Source: Eledone cirrhosa
Lineage: Eukaryota
DNA length: 64,000 nt
Direction of reading: 5' to 3'
NCBI GenBank assembly: GCA_964016885.1
Contig: OZ024744.1
Span: 36,084,001 to 36,148,000 of the forward strand
In this document: piece after piece, positions 1-14,879 of the stretch
How positions within the stretch are numbered: position 1 is the stretch's first letter
How the letters are laid out: each line of letters opens with the position of its first letter
Made by a program: the position numbers and the translations under genes
The notes under the pieces: model-generated
What the model was told of the DNA's origin: nothing
What the model saw: the letters and a program-made list of their open reading frames with translations, nothing else
Database searches by the model: none

Positions 1-314
1 TATATATATATAATTCTCCGTTGTTTACAAAACACAGCCCCTTCCCTTCAGTCAACTTCTGGAAACCCTTACAGTTTCGGTATATACACTATCGATTCCA
101 GTGCACACGGAACAGTAGCAGGGCAAAACATGGAATCAAAATGTATCTTTCGACGAATTACACAAACAAATGCAAAATATGTGCTACAGACAGGTGTGTT
201 TGAACTGAAAACGAAGTGATAAACATACCAATATACGGTGTGTAATTAACTTAGCCAAGAAATATAGTAAAATAAATAGGTTGGGCGTTAGTCCTGAGAC
301 GCAATGGTATCGAG

Positions 315-481
315 TAGGGTTTCCTAAACTTTTTCAAACACAAAACCCTTTTTGGTTCACAATTTATTTTCGGGAACCCTAAAGTTTAATACTGTTATAT
401 GGTCGTAATATAAATATGCTCCTGCTCTTGTTTCACAGGAGAACAGATACTCGTTTGAGGAATCCACTTTGGGCACCACTG
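315..481. mobile_element. hAT-type MITE
   Basis: Imperfect TIRs (tagggtttcctaaac / ctttgggcaccactg, hAT-like CAGTGGTTCCCAAAC type). Flanked by an 8-bp TSD with one mismatch: gtatcgag (307-314) and gtatagag (482-489). Confidence 0.65.
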
Positions 482-599
482 GTATAGAGTGAGCGATGGC
501 ACGTCCAGTCGCAGAAAGGGCTGTGGCCACGTATAAGGTGATGGAAGGAAGAGGAGTGGGTAGTGACTGGAGGAGGTGAATGAGGGGGAAAGAGGGATT

Positions 600-649
600 G
601 TGTGTGTGTGTGAGAGAGCGAGAGCGAAAGAGATAGAGAGAAAGAAAGA

Positions 650-727
<78 letters not shown>
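600..727. repeat. (GT)n/(GA)n microsatellite
   Basis: Directly visible. Confidence 0.95.
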
Positions 728-729
<2 letters not shown>

Positions 730-974
730 CTGGGACTGAAGAGAGGAAAAGGAGGAGGTAGGTGATGTAAAATCTTCTTTTAGATAAGTGTTAAACGTCC
801 TAAGACCGTATCAAATATCGAAAAAAGCAAAGAAAGGACCAGACAAAGAGAATGGAAAAAAGAGGGGCAGTCTGTCCCTATTTGTGGTCAGAAGAGAGCG
901 ATATTTATATAGCATGGTAATGGGTTGGCCGTTCTTTGTATTTAAATAAGCAACGATATTGTTGTGGTCAAAGG

Positions 975-1338
975 TACAAACAAACACACTCACACACACA
1001 GAGACAGACACAGCAACACACACAGAGACACACACACAGAGACACACACACAGACACACACATGCAGACACACACACATACACACACACAGATACAGACA
1101 CACACACACAGATTCACACATATACACACACATACACATACACACACATATACACACACATATATATACACACACACATACACATACATACACACACATA
1201 CACACAGACATACATACACACATACACACACACACATACACACGCACAGACACACTCATACATACACACTACACACACATATGCACACATACATACATAC
1301 ACATACATACACACACAGACACACACACACATACACAG

Positions 1339-1372
<34 letters not shown>
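975..1372. repeat. Degenerate (CA)n/(TA)n compound microsatellite
   Basis: Directly visible; source of the spurious HT-rich ORFs. Confidence 0.95.
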
Positions 1373-1373
<1 letters not shown>

Positions 1374-1789
1374 CATTGTCAAAGCTCTTTCATTTTGTGA
1401 CCTCCTCAGTGACTAGTTTTTTTTGTGTCCCTCCTTTGTTTTGTTTTACGCTATCTTGTTTATATATATACTAGCAGAATGGTCCGGCGTTGCTCGGGAT
1501 TCTAAACATAGATTGGAATGTTTATCCCCCTTTTCAGAAACAGTTTCGTCGTCGTATGTTCACCAATTGATGCAGAAGTCCTATTGAAGTGAAGTCACCA
1601 TGGGTGAATAGGCAAATAATTTTCCATTAAGATTTTTCAAAAGCATGTAATTGCGTTCCCTCTCTTTTTTGTTGTTGTTTTTGCTGCTGTGGAGCCTCGT
1701 GAAATAAATACGTTTGTTTATATTTTGTTATTGTGCATGCAAAAATATCTGTACACGAATATATAATTATATATATATATATATATATA

Positions 1790-2518
1790 TAGTAATAATA
1801 ATAAATTTCAAGACTAAAATTCAAAGAGGGCTCGATAAGGATAAATATATATCAAATATATAAGAACCGTAGAGCAAACATTTATTAAAATAACAGATTA
1901 AAGTTTGAGCAAAGAATCGCTGCTTTCACCCTTAACCGGATCTTCTGAAACTAACAAAGTCAATCTGTAAACGCAGAAGTGGATATTTCAAAAACGTTGC
2001 AACCGGAGGAAGACAGGAAGACGATACTTTGGTTCGTGGTAACGTTCGCTGGGAAAGAACGGGAAAAAACGAATATAATACGTCATTAATAGGAGCAGTG
2101 AAAAACAATTATGCGCAAAGACAGAACCACGTTTATGGTATAAAAGAGGTCGTAGACTAATGTTCTCTTAGGTGGTTCATAGAGACGTTCTCTGGCAATG
2201 AACGAAAAAAAAAACAAAACGAAGATAATACGTCATATGTGGGGCGTGGAGAACGATAGCACGCAAAGACAAAACCACGTAAATGGTATAGCAGAAGTCG
2301 TAGACTAAAATTCTAACTAGTAGACCGAATGAATCTCCGCTACAGAGTTAAGAACAAAGTAAATAAATACAATACAGAAGTAATAGAAATAAATAAATAC
2401 ATACACGCAAACAAATACGTACATACACAAGCATACGCAAAACAATTACCATAGGTATACAAAACCACGCACATATAAATATGTGTGTGTGTGTGTATGC
2501 GTGTATACAAATAAATAA

Positions 2519-2560
<42 letters not shown>

Positions 2561-2700
2561 CGAAGGAAATGTAGTAAGGAACCAGATGGACCAAAACGCA
2601 CCAAAGTACTCAATACTCTGGGTAGTAGAGTGGGTAATAGGAATGAGTAGGACCCCGACGGCTGAGCTCAAGCCGTTTTCACCCTTAACGGGATCTTCTG
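1790..2700 (-). mobile_element. Dispersed repeat family (probable PLE terminal region), also at 40706-40787 and 62411-62610
   Basis: Shared ttaaaataacagattaaagttt...gcaaag block. The copies at ~1925, ~2680 and ~62455 carry a minus-strand HHR-like half core CAGAAGA-U-CCC-loop-GGG-U-GAAA. Confidence 0.5.
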
Positions 2701-2811
2701 AAACTAAACAAAATCAATCTGTGAACGCAGAAGTAAATATTTCGAAAATCGTTACACACTGTATATATGTATATACACACACTATATACACATACACACA
2801 CACATATATAG

Positions 2812-3060
2812 CGTCATAATGCCGTAATGCAGACAGCCAGACCATACATACAGATATTATAAGGGCGCGACATTGTAGTTATGTATCTATCTAAAAAGAT
2901 AGACTAAGCATTATAGAGAGATCGCTAAACAGCGCCTAATGCGGTCCCTAGAGCATTGAAAATTTGAAATATCTTTTTGTTCAAAACACTCACACGACCA
3001 TAAGTATTACATGTGTAAAGTTTTAAAAAGTCGGTTGGGTGGTTCTCGAGTTTTAGGGGA

Positions 3061-3103
<43 letters not shown>

Positions 3104-3126
3104 TTCTCTGTTTTAGATATATAGAT
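2812..3126 (+). mobile_element. Helentron/HINE (DINE-1-like) non-autonomous element 3' part
   Basis: gtgtaaagtttt...gtcggttg motif, (ACAG)n microsatellite and ...ttttagatatatagat end. Inverted copy at 38891-39182 and related piece at 62625-62890. Confidence 0.6.
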
Positions 3127-3139
3127 GTATATATGTATA

Positions 3140-3176
<37 letters not shown>

Positions 3177-3451
3177 TCTATGTGACTGGTACCTTTGTAT
3201 GTGTGTACATATTTTTTCCTACTGTACTTTTTAATTTTTTGTTTTCTATAGATTTTCTATGTTTAGATATATTTGCAGATTTGGCTTTATGTGGAAATAT
3301 TCCAATTCGATCCTGCCCGTCCCCTCAATCTATCTTTTTTCTCATTCTTTCTTCTGATGAAGAAATGTTACGACCTTCTTCCTACTATATCAAGCATTAA
3401 CCTAATATATCCCTTCCACATACTGTACTGATTGTGTTATTTCTGTTTACC

Positions 3452-3563
<112 letters not shown>

Positions 3564-4122
3564 TTATATTTATATCATATATAAATAAATATATATATAT
3601 ATGTGTATGTAAGTATGTGTATACGTTTAAGAGTATGTGAGTGTGTGTATGTATGTGTCTTTATTTTTTCCTTTTTCTCTTTTATAATACTTGTCATCAA
3701 TATTTATATTTCTGTTTTTCTCTTTATCAGCAATTTATTTTGCAAAAAAAGTTTTTATATATTTTATAGTAATGTACGGGAGTGGTTTGATGTTGTACTT
3801 CTGCAGTTAGACAACATATTTTTCCCATGCATTATGGTGTCGTTTTAAATTTTAAATGGAAACAAATTCTCTGCTGCTGATTGTTGGGCGGTCTGATGTG
3901 TTTTATAATGACACTTTTACTTATAAATAACTGGTTTCGAAAAGTAGCAATAAGGGGACGAAACGTTTGTAAATCAATATTTAATGCAAAAACGTATTTG
4001 GTAATTACTTTAATGAATAATTTGCTTCATGCGAAATTATTATTTTTAGCACAATAGGATTTTGTACACATAGCCTCTTGTACTGTTTATTATAATAGAT
4101 TACTATTGTAAAAAAACGATTG

Positions 4123-4204
<82 letters not shown>

Positions 4205-4216
4205 TATATAAATATA

Positions 4217-4262
<46 letters not shown>

Positions 4263-4263
4263 T

Positions 4264-4339
<76 letters not shown>

Positions 4340-4342
<3 letters not shown>

Positions 4343-5137
4343 TATGTATACGTACATACATATATGTATACATATATGTATACAGACGTACAGTAGTATG
4401 TATATATATATACATACATCCACACACATATATATATGTACGTATGGATTCACTGAACATTTATTATAATGCTCGGTGTGTTTGTAAACAAACATTCCGA
4501 ATTAAGCCGTACAGTGTCTAGCAACCACACCGAGCATTATAATAAATGTTCGGTGAATCCATACGTACAGATATATATGTGTGCATGTATGTTATATATA
4601 TACATACTACTGTACGTCTGTATACATATATGTATCTACGTCTACATACTTATATTTAAGTAACAGCCGTACTAAGAGTGGGAAATGAAATTTCGTTTCA
4701 TTTTTTCTGTTTATCGTTTTCGGTACCCCGGCCGATTAACTCCTAGATATGCAAATTAGGCTGCTCAGCCGTTCATATGCATAAGGAAAGTATATACTTT
4801 CAGACGTTAAACCATCCGGCAGGAAGGTATACGTTGCTGACGATAGCTAATAAGCTTGAAACTAGTACAGCATTCCTTTGTCAGTGTTGAACAAACGAGC
4901 AACGATGGTTGCTGGACACTACGGCTTAATACGGGATGTTTGTTTACAAACACACTGAGCATTATAATAAATGTTCGGTGAATCCATACGTACATATATA
5001 TATATGTGTGCATGTATGTACATATATATACATACTACTGTGCGTCTGTATACATATATGTATGTACGTATACATACTTATATTTAAGTAACAGCCGTAC
5101 TAAGAGTGAGAAATGAAATTCGTTTCATTTTTTCTGT

Positions 5138-5139
<2 letters not shown>
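4340..5139. mobile_element. Family A retrozyme-like insert: inverted pair (antisense 4340-4526, sense 4527-5139, about 1.4 units)
   Basis: aagtaacagccg recurs at 4658 and 5086 (428-bp period). Contains an HHR, has (TA)n on both sides and no ORF. Confidence 0.8.
4831..4873 (+). ncRNA. Type I hammerhead ribozyme (family A)
   Basis: acgttg-CTGACGA-t-agct-aata-agct-t-GAA-ACTAGT-A-cagcat. Palindromic stem III; predicted cleavage after 4867. Confidence 0.8.
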
Positions 5140-5177
<38 letters not shown>

Positions 5178-5209
5178 AGATCAAAAGATGGTTAAAAGAG
5201 TTCCATGTA

Positions 5210-5276
5210 TTTTATTATGCGCATTTCAAAAACAAATATCATCATGGGATGATACTTGCGTTCTCATCAGATAAAA
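5210..5276 (-). ncRNA. Type I hammerhead ribozyme in PLE terminal repeat
   Basis: ttttat-CTGATGA-long stem II-GAA-ATGCGCAT-A-ataaaa. Same family at 26981-27047 (-) and 27157-27225 (+). Confidence 0.8.
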
Positions 5277-5477
5277 TAGGGAGACATGATATGAAGTTTA
5301 AAAAACACTTTCGAGCAGTGAAGTGTTAAATCTACATATGAAAAATAAAATAAGATGGATATATGAGATTGGAAAAAAAAATAAGGATGGGGGAAGGAAA
5401 AGGTACGGAAGAGGAAGGAAGAAAAAAAGGATGACGGGGGAGGAGTATAAGAAGGAAGGTTGAGAGAGGAGGAGAAA

Positions 5478-5592
<115 letters not shown>

Positions 5593-6433
5593 CGGAGAGA
5601 GAGCCTTTAATACTGAGAAACACTGTCTCACAGAGAGAAATGAAATAAACCGTTTAAGATAATACATAATTTGAAGAAAATTTTGAAATTAAAAGTTAAT
5701 GAGGTTTATGAATGGTGATGTTTATGATTAAAGAAAAAGGAATTAAGAATATTGAAGGGTTTAATAAGATGTGCGAATAGGAATTTATTAATATGTATTA
5801 TTAAAATAAAAATATTAAGGAGATAAGGTGAATGAAGAAGAAATTAAATGAATTATGAACTTAGAGGATTTAGTTAGGGTCTAATTTTGTGTCTATGTAT
5901 TGTAATATGAAAAAGTAAATAATAGGTTTAATACGAAGAAAATAAAGTAAATAATAGGTTTAATACGAAGAAAATAAAGTAAATAATAGGTTTAATACGA
6001 AGAAAATAAAGTAAATAAGAGGTTTAATACGAAGAAAATAAAGAAGAAAATTTAAGGAAGAAAAAGTATATAACGTCAAAAAAATATGTTTACAAAATTT
6101 AGTAATGGTAATATTAGTATATATTAAAAATATAGTTTGTATGGCGAAGAATATAAGGAAAATGCTATAGTGAGTAATAATATGAATTAAGAAGTAATTG
6201 AGAAGCAAAAATTACAGATTAAAGATTAGAAATTAAAAAGGAAAAAAGGAAAAAAGGAAAAAAGGAAAAAAGGAAAAAAGGATAAAAAAGAAGAAAAATA
6301 GGGGACCGCTAACGACATAGAATGGGTAAATTGTATAATATAATATACTGAAATAAGGTAGAAAGATGGGTATATATGTAAAAGATATAAACGCGTTTGA
6401 AAAAAGATTTTAAACTAATTAGGTAGTGAGATA

Positions 6434-7550
6434 TTAGCTGTATACTTTATGGAAAGTTCTATGGGATTTATGCAAGCAGAGCGAAAATAAATCCGTACGT
6501 CTATTTATTATAGAATTAAAATTAGAGATAATGGTAAATTTCTCGGCTAGGCAGAGATTACATGTTCTGGATAAGAAAGAATTCCGGTAAGGAGAGGCGT
6601 TGCAAAACTTCCTCCAAGAAATGTTGTAGTTAATATTTTTGTCTTTTAAGGACCATATGAGTTCTGAGGGCGCCGTGTTAGTTCTTTTAAGTTGGTATTT
6701 AAAAGAGGAATTGTGATTATAAAATCGTGCTTTAAAGGAAGTGGAAGTGAAACCAAAATAGGTAAAAGAATTAGTACCAGTTATAACCTTACATTCATAC
6801 ACTAAATTGTTATCAAGACATTGGTTATTAAGAGGACATTTAGTTCTAACAGGGCAATTACAATTACGATTAGAGAAATTACCAGAGTTATTAACAAGTG
6901 ACCTAGTATTATTGAAAGAAGGAATTGGATTTGAGAAGTTATTTACGATAGGTGCTAAAGTTTCCTGATTTAGATTGGTGTTTTGAACATTCGACAAAGT
7001 TACGTTTGACGTCGTATTTAAATTTACTGAATCTAGCCTAGAGTTAACATTGACGTCGGGTTTACTATTACTATTATTATGACGCTCAGTGTTGGATAGA
7101 TATAATTTATTATTTAATATTTTATTATTTTGTTTAAAGATAATGTTAGAGATATTGGAAGTGGTGGAATAAGAGAATTGGATTGTATGTTTGTTAAAGA
7201 TCTCATATAGATATGCGAGGAAGGGAAGCATTTATCTAAGGCCCTAAAAAATAGTTTAGGAATATTACTAGTAATAGATAGAGAAAAAGGAGCGTTGTAC
7301 AAATCATATTTTTGTATCTAAGTTATTGGAATGTTCATGACTAACTATTTTACTATAAGTCCTTCGATGATTAGTTTCTTTACTGTATTTAATTTTGTCA
7401 GGATAACCGGCTTTGGGAAGCGAATTATTATAATAATTGGCATTAGCGTCGAAGATAACTTTATTAGAGGATAGATATGAGATTCTTTTTTCAACATTAG
7501 TGACTATAGCATTTTTAACGTTAATAGGGTGGTTAGATTTAAAATTAACA
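6434..7550 (-). pseudogene. PLE RT-thumb/GIY-YIG endonuclease remnant (stops and frameshift)
   Basis: Motifs as listed for the element; split between ORFs 7114-7302 and 6434-7231. Confidence 0.85.
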
Positions 7551-7625
7551 TAATTTAGATTCTCATTGCCTTTATGGTAAGGGTAATATAGGCCGGTGTC
7601 AAGATTAAGGGATATATCCAGGAAG

Positions 7626-7738
<113 letters not shown>

Positions 7739-7749
7739 TATATATATAC

Positions 7750-8374
7750 AATTAAGTTAGAAGTGTACATCCACATATGTATACTGAAATACTAGTATGT
7801 ATATAAATACACACACGTATACATATGTAGATGTACCGAGTTTTTCACTGGACACTTTACTGTGAGTGTTCAGCTAGTCTGTATGTAAACACACAGGCAA
7901 ACCGGTTTTTAGAGTCATACTGGTTTTCGAGGAAACACCTTTCCTCTATTCTCCAGAGGGCCAGACAGGAATATTGGACTAGTTTCGATGTTGTTACATC
8001 TCATCAGCAATAAAAACCCATCCTCCGGCCCCTCTAAAGAATCGTAAAAGCACATATCGTTATATGCCTTTTCTATGAAAATTAGTAGTGGGCAGACTAA
8101 TTTGCATAGAGCGTGAGTACGTACCGGTTCAGCGGAAGCGATAAAAACAAATAACGAAACGTGTGTTTACATACAGACTAGCTGAACACTCACAGTAAAG
8201 TGTCCAGTGAAAAACTCGGTACATCTACATATGTATACGTGTGTGTATTTATATACATACTAGTATTTCAGTATACATATGTGGATGTACACTTCTAACT
8301 TAATTGGTTAAGCGTCAGTCATACAAACGTGAGTTACAAACGAAACGAAATTTAATTTTGTTTCGTTATTTGTT

Positions 8375-8377
<3 letters not shown>
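7750..8377. mobile_element. Family B retrozyme-like insert: inverted pair, unit about 460 nt
   Basis: 7750-7893 is the reverse complement of 8161-8305. The right arm runs on into gtttcgttatttgttt, the reverse complement of 8145-8160, i.e. it wraps around the unit. Flanked by (TA)n. Confidence 0.75.
7972..8012 (-). ncRNA. Canonical minimal type I hammerhead ribozyme (family B)
   Basis: tattg-CTGATGA-gatgt-aaca-acatc-GAA-ACTAGT-C-caata. Perfect stems I and II, GUC triplet. Confidence 0.9.
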
Positions 8378-8427
<50 letters not shown>

Positions 8428-8439
8428 TGTATATATTTT

Positions 8440-9100
8440 GGGTGAGTAAAATTCCCGAGATCCATGAACGAGTTCTCTCCAGCGATCTCTGTTCTTCATC
8501 ATCGCCGCCATGTCCCGCGTCTCCCAGAGATCAGTGTCTGTCCTTAGAACATCAATATATGTCACCGTCGGTCTCCCTCTTCCAATATGTTCGTGCAGGG
8601 GCTCCCACAGGACCACTGACTGCAGTCTCAACTCTAAATGTCGATGAGCATGTCCAGCTAACCTCAGCCTCCTTTCTGATAATTTCAAGCTGACTTCTGA
8701 GAGGCTCCCGTACAGCACTGATTTCTTCATCCTCAGTGTATACTGTTTAATATTCAGAGCCATTCTCAGCATTCTCGTGATGCACCCATCCACTATCTGA
8801 GTGAGCTTCTTGGTGAGTGTCCAAGTCACAGACTCGTACAGCAGCACCAACTCCACGGTAGAGATGAAGAGACGGATCTTCGTGTCTTTACAAAGGTCCA
8901 ACTTCCACACCGACCTCAAACTGTGGCACCCCGCCCAGGCTTTGCTGTTCTTCTCAACCGCACTTCCTCTGTTTCCCAATCTTTGCTCCCAGATACAGGA
9001 AGTACCAAACAAGCTCTAGCGGCTTTCCGCCCACATTCAAAATCTTCTCTTGCTTCCTAATGTCCTCTCTAATGTCGTCAGCAAATTCAGCATCTGATAT
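8440..9100 (-). mobile_element. RTE-group LINE 3' RT fragment
   Basis: FADDI, KIRLFISTVELVLLYESVTWTLT, RRLRLAGH and GRGRPTVTYIDVL motifs; frameshifted. Confidence 0.85.
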
Positions 9101-9139
9101 CTTATTTATATATGCATACTTATATATATATATATATAT

Positions 9140-9642
9140 AAGTATGTATACGTACATACATATATGTATACAGACGTACAGTAGTATGTATATATATACA
9201 TAGATGCACACATATATATATGTACGTATGGATTCACCGAACATTTATTATAATGATCGGTGTGTTTGTAAAAAAACATCCCGTATTAAGCCGTACAGTG
9301 TCTAGCAACCATCGTTGCTCATTTGTTCAACAATAACAAAGGAACGCTGTACTAGTTTAAAGCTTATTAGCTATCGTCAGCAACGTATACCTTCCTGCAT
9401 GATGATTGAACTTCTGAAAGTATATACTTTCCTTATGCATATTAACGGCTGAGCAGCCTAATTTGCATATCGAGTGAGTTAATCGGCAGGGCGCACCGAA
9501 AATGATAAACGGAAAAAATGAAACGAAATTTCATTTCCCACTCTTAGTACGGCTGTTACTTAAATATAAGTATGTACACGTACATACATATATGTATACA
9601 GACGTACAGTAGTATGTATATATATATACATACATACACACA
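9140..9642 (-). mobile_element. Family A retrozyme-like copy (about 1.2 units); HHR at 9344-9386 with a G12U change
   Basis: aagtatgta at 9140 and 9568 (428-bp period). Confidence 0.8.
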
Positions 9643-10011
9643 GTTATCTGTTGGAGAGGAACGGTACGTGGCCTCTGTTGTCCACACAAACGGCGGACAA
9701 CAGAGGCCATGTACCGTTCCTTTCTGACGGATAACTTTCCCCTCGGAAAACCCCCCAGTTGCTGGATGCGAAATCCGAAATATAGGGACAATTAAATCTC
9801 TCCCAAGGTAACTCTATCTCGTGTTATTATTTTTATTTGTTACGCTCGTTCCTACGTTCCTCTACACACGATACATCTCATTCTTCATTTCCTCTTACAT
9901 CTCTCTCTCCCCCACCGTATTCGGCTACCCGGAGATTTACCCACCTGCATTGTTGAGGCTTCCAAAACGACCAAAATGTTTCTATTATTCCACAATGCTT
10001 GAAGCTAACTT

Positions 10012-10186
<175 letters not shown>

Positions 10187-11029
10187 CGTGTGTGTTCCTT
10201 TGAGAGAGAGTTATTTCAAATGTAAGCATTGAGCATGGTAATTGATACATTTTAAAACATTTACTTCGGCATTCAACTATACGAGAACTTAGAAAACGTT
10301 TGGTAGGAATGGAAGAAAGCTACATTTCCTCTATTTCATTGTCTTCAACACTTTCTATGTTTGGCTCTCGTTTCTTGGAAGCCGATAAAAGATATAGAAA
10401 TGCTGTTCTAGATTTAATTCAATGAATTATAAACTTTCCAATAGTGTCACTCTAAGTAACCAATTCATTCTCTCTCTCTCTGACATTCTTTCTCTCCTCG
10501 TCTCTTTCACACACTGCCTTCAACGTTTATCAGTTCTTTAATGGCAAACACTACTTATATTTCGATGAAAGCAACACTGTTTTCAATAAGAAATTTTGTA
10601 CCTATCTCGATTAAATGAATGAAAATATATTCCCTTGTGGCATAATTCACATTTTGCCTCGTGATCTATCGTAAGGAGAAAAATGAAAGTGAAGTAGATT
10701 CAAAGGGGATTCGAAATCCGACCGATATTTCAAATAGAAGCGAGGTAGTCCCAATGAATTGTATCTGCTCTATCATGAAAACCTACTTTCTACTGAAGAT
10801 TAAAGGCCAGTGTGTTATTGAAATATCTCAGCTCACGTTTTCTCTCTCTTTCACAGAAACACAATCTCCATGGGAATTTTCGAATATACATCGCAATAAA
10901 TGATTTATATCTCCGTGCTATATATTAATGTTATTTTCATACCTGTGCAACGTTACCTTTTACCGTAGTGAGCGATTTACATCCTCTTTAGTGACTATAA
11001 ATGTACACACATACATCCTCTTTGTATAA

Positions 11030-11587
<558 letters not shown>

Positions 11588-11589
11588 AA

Positions 11590-13030
11590 TGGAAAAATTT
11601 GAACAGGAACAAAACAGAGAGGCAGTACAATGAATGTTTATTAATTTCACGCTCTGGAGAGTGGGGTGGTGCTGGGGAACGACGTTTCGGGCATAAGCCC
11701 TTCCTCAGGTGAGAAGTGTGTGGGAACAGAGTTCAAAGGGTGTGTAGGGGAATGGTGGAGAGACATATAGCGAAAGGAAACGGTGCGAATGAAATTAAAA
11801 ATAAAAATAAAAATAAAGCATGATCAAAATACAAGGAATGAAATAAAAATAAAAATAAAGCATGATCAAAATAAACTGAAATTAAAAAGAGGTAAAACAG
11901 GTGGTGGAAGGGTGTGGGGTGTGTAAGGGTGGTGGCGGGTGGAGTGGGGAGAGGGAGGCGGGGTGTCCGAGCGGGGAGGGCTGAAGGTGGTGTGTGTGTG
12001 TAGGTGTACGTGTGTGTGTGTGTGTGTATGTGAAAGTAAGGGTTGGGGGAAGAACGGGGTTGCATGTTCAGGAAGAGGTGTGTGTGTGTGGGGGGAGGGG
12101 GTTGTAGGTCGGAGTGTCTGTGCGTGTGTGGATAGAGGGGGGGAGAGGAATCAGGAGGCTGGGGGTGTAAATATGTGGTGGAAAGCACGTGTGTGGGGGG
12201 TTTAAGCGTGTGGTGGATGTAGGTGGCGTGTGGGAGAAAAAAAAAGTTTTTGGGTGTGTGTGTGGGTGAGTTATATAGGTGATTCCGTAAGAGAATGGTT
12301 GAAATGTTGGTAAATTCCTATGATGTTAGTAGATTCTGTGGTGGTCAAGTTCCACATACGAGTATACCATGAAGAGATGGTCGGAAGAGGAGAGATGTGG
12401 GGAGCGCGCGCAACAGGAAGTGGTCAAGCGGTGGGAGTGCTGTGTGTCTGTTTGTGCTGGGAGGTGGTCAGAGGGCATAGCAGCAGTCGGTGGAATGGTA
12501 AGGGGGCGAGGATGGGTAGGTGTGAAAGTTGGAGTGAGGAGGATGTGTGTGTGTATTAGTAGAGGTGTTAGTGGGATGAGTGAGTGTGGGGCGAGGGTGT
12601 GGGTGGAGCGGGGAGAGAAGGGTGTGTGTGGTTCTATGGAGGGAGTGTGGTGTACTGGTGTGTGTGTAGTTTGATGAAGGGGGTGTTAGTGGGTGTTAGT
12701 ATACGGGAGGTGGGGAAAGGGTTGAATGCAGGTGTGAGTGGGGGTGTGGTGGTAGGGTGTGTAGAGTTGGTGGTGTACGAGGGTGTGTGGGTACGTGTGC
12801 GTGGAGTTGGGGGTGTTAGTGATGTTAGTTGCGTGTGGGTGGGTGGGTGGTGTAAGTGGGTGCGTGTGTTCGTGTGCTTGGGGTCAGGAGGTGGTGGTGG
12901 GATGGAGGGGTGGGGGTTAGGGTTAGTGGTGGTAGTAGGGTGTGTGTTTAGTGTGAGCGCATGTATATATGTGCCGGTGGGTGTGTGCGTGTGATAAGGA
13001 GGGGGGAGGAGAAGAAGGGAGCGATATACT
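11590..13030 (-). mobile_element. Possible highly decayed PLE 3' end with C/A-rich tail
   Basis: HHR at 11675. LPVAR and GTxPP-like residues at ~12330-12420 resemble a GIY-YIG C-terminus; weak. Confidence 0.35.
11675..11715 (-). ncRNA. Minimal hammerhead ribozyme of PLE pLTR type
   Basis: cac-CTGAGGA-a-gggc-ttat-gccc-GAA-ACGT-C-gt. Stem I is only about 2 bp. Confidence 0.6.
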
Positions 13031-13717
13031 GAGTATACTTAAATAAGGCAGCAGTTATGCAGTGTTATGCTCTATATTTATTCTCCTCGTAATGGAGCTG
13101 TCATTGCTTCTGTTGTTGATTTTCTTCTAATGACTATTTTCGTTTTGTTTATGTTACCGCTTTTATTATTGTCGTTATTGTCGTCGTCATCGTCTTCGCC
13201 GCCGCCCTGGTTCTTACCGTTGCTGTTGTTGTTGGTGGTGCTGTTGCTGTCATTATTTTACTTTATACTGATATTTTTATGTTTTGTTACGACTGTGTTT
13301 TTTTTTTGTTTCTTTTTCGGAGCGACCTAATAACTACGTTTTATTTATTTTTTTTTTAATTTACTTCTATTTTGTTCATAGTTTCTGCTTTTTTTTCTTT
13401 TCGTCTTTTTTTTTCTGGTTCAATTACAAGACAAAAGGATTGAACCATTAACGTTAGATTTGAATCAATAACATACATTTAGGCTTTGTTAAGTTATACT
13501 TTGATTGTTTAGTATAGAGCTTTATATGCATGCGCTTCTGCATTTATGCATTAATTTAATTAACGTGCGCCTCTATCATTGTACGTATGGAAGAATGAAC
13601 AATTTGTTACGCCATTTTATGTAGGTCGTAATAATCACCATCACTCAACCTGATTCTCTTTGAGTAAACACATACACACATACACACAAACACACACACA
13701 CACACACACATACACGC

Positions 13718-13752
<35 letters not shown>

Positions 13753-13762
13753 CACATACACG

Positions 13763-13806
<44 letters not shown>

Positions 13807-14051
13807 TGCACACACACACACACACGCACACATACTCACACTCACTCTTTCTCTCTTTCTCACACACATAAACACACTACATACTGACACTCTTTCCCCC
13901 TCTCTTTCACGCACATACAACACACACACTCTCACACTCACACTCTTTCTCTCTCTCTAACACACACACTCTCACACTCACACTCTTTCTCTCTCTCTAA
14001 CACACACACACACACACATATATATAGTGAGAGAGACAGAGACAGAGAGAT

Positions 14052-14082
<31 letters not shown>

Positions 14083-14187
14083 TTGATGGAGATAGATATT
14101 TTATATGTCGATTATGAGAATTTGTAGGTAAGTTTATGAAAAATATTAAAGTACTCAATACATTGTGTCGATTAATTATTATTGTAA

Positions 14188-14720
14188 ACTAGCAGAAAAA
14201 CCACCCTTTTCTGCTACCATGTGTAGTGTGTATATTGATATTATACGCAAATATATATGTATGTAGATATGATACATCAAATAAAATTGTAATTGACAAT
14301 ATACACAGAAATTGAAGAGAGACTGTGTTACACTCTTTTCTGTAATCAGTAAAGTAATCCATGATACATTTAAAAAAGACGATATTATATATAAACTACA
14401 TTACGGTGAAAATTAGCGATGGAAATATGAACCTTTTATAACGATGCAAATATATGTACGTTTATATAAGCGATGTAATAAGTGTTATAATATAACGGGC
14501 GCTAACCGGAAGTGTTGACATTTGAGAATTTTAAAGAACGGAATCTTGAAATAAGCCATAGAAGTATTCATATTTAAGCAAAAGTTACGAAATTTAGTAC
14601 ATAAATTATGTAATATTCATTCATTATTTATTCAAAGTAATTCAACTTATTTTACAAACAGGATAAAAAAATATATATATTCAGGACACAGTCCCGCACT
14701 TCTCCCTTTTATATATTATG
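14188..14720 (+). mobile_element. Helentron/HINE-like non-autonomous element (second copy 31983-32406)
   Basis: Starts actagcagaaaa...ttttctgcta hairpin; body shared with 31983-32406; hairpin alone at 38856-38892. Confidence 0.55.
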
Positions 14721-14838
14721 ATACATCTAACTTTTATTCCGCAACATTCTTTTCAGGCTAAATAGAGCATACATGAGAAGAGTGTTCCATACATACATGC
14801 ATACATACATGCATACATACATGCATACATACATGCAT

Positions 14839-14871
<33 letters not shown>

Positions 14872-14879
14872 CATATTTA

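Noticed and set aside
3354-3365. ctgatgaagaaa as a hammerhead core
   Set aside because: No stem II or stem I pairing.
3887-3977. Degenerate HHR (CTGATGT...GAAACgtttGTA)
   Set aside because: A9 mutated and stem I does not pair; at best an old relic.
12912-12930. ggttagggttag as a telomeric tract
   Set aside because: Only two units within G/T-rich low-complexity sequence.
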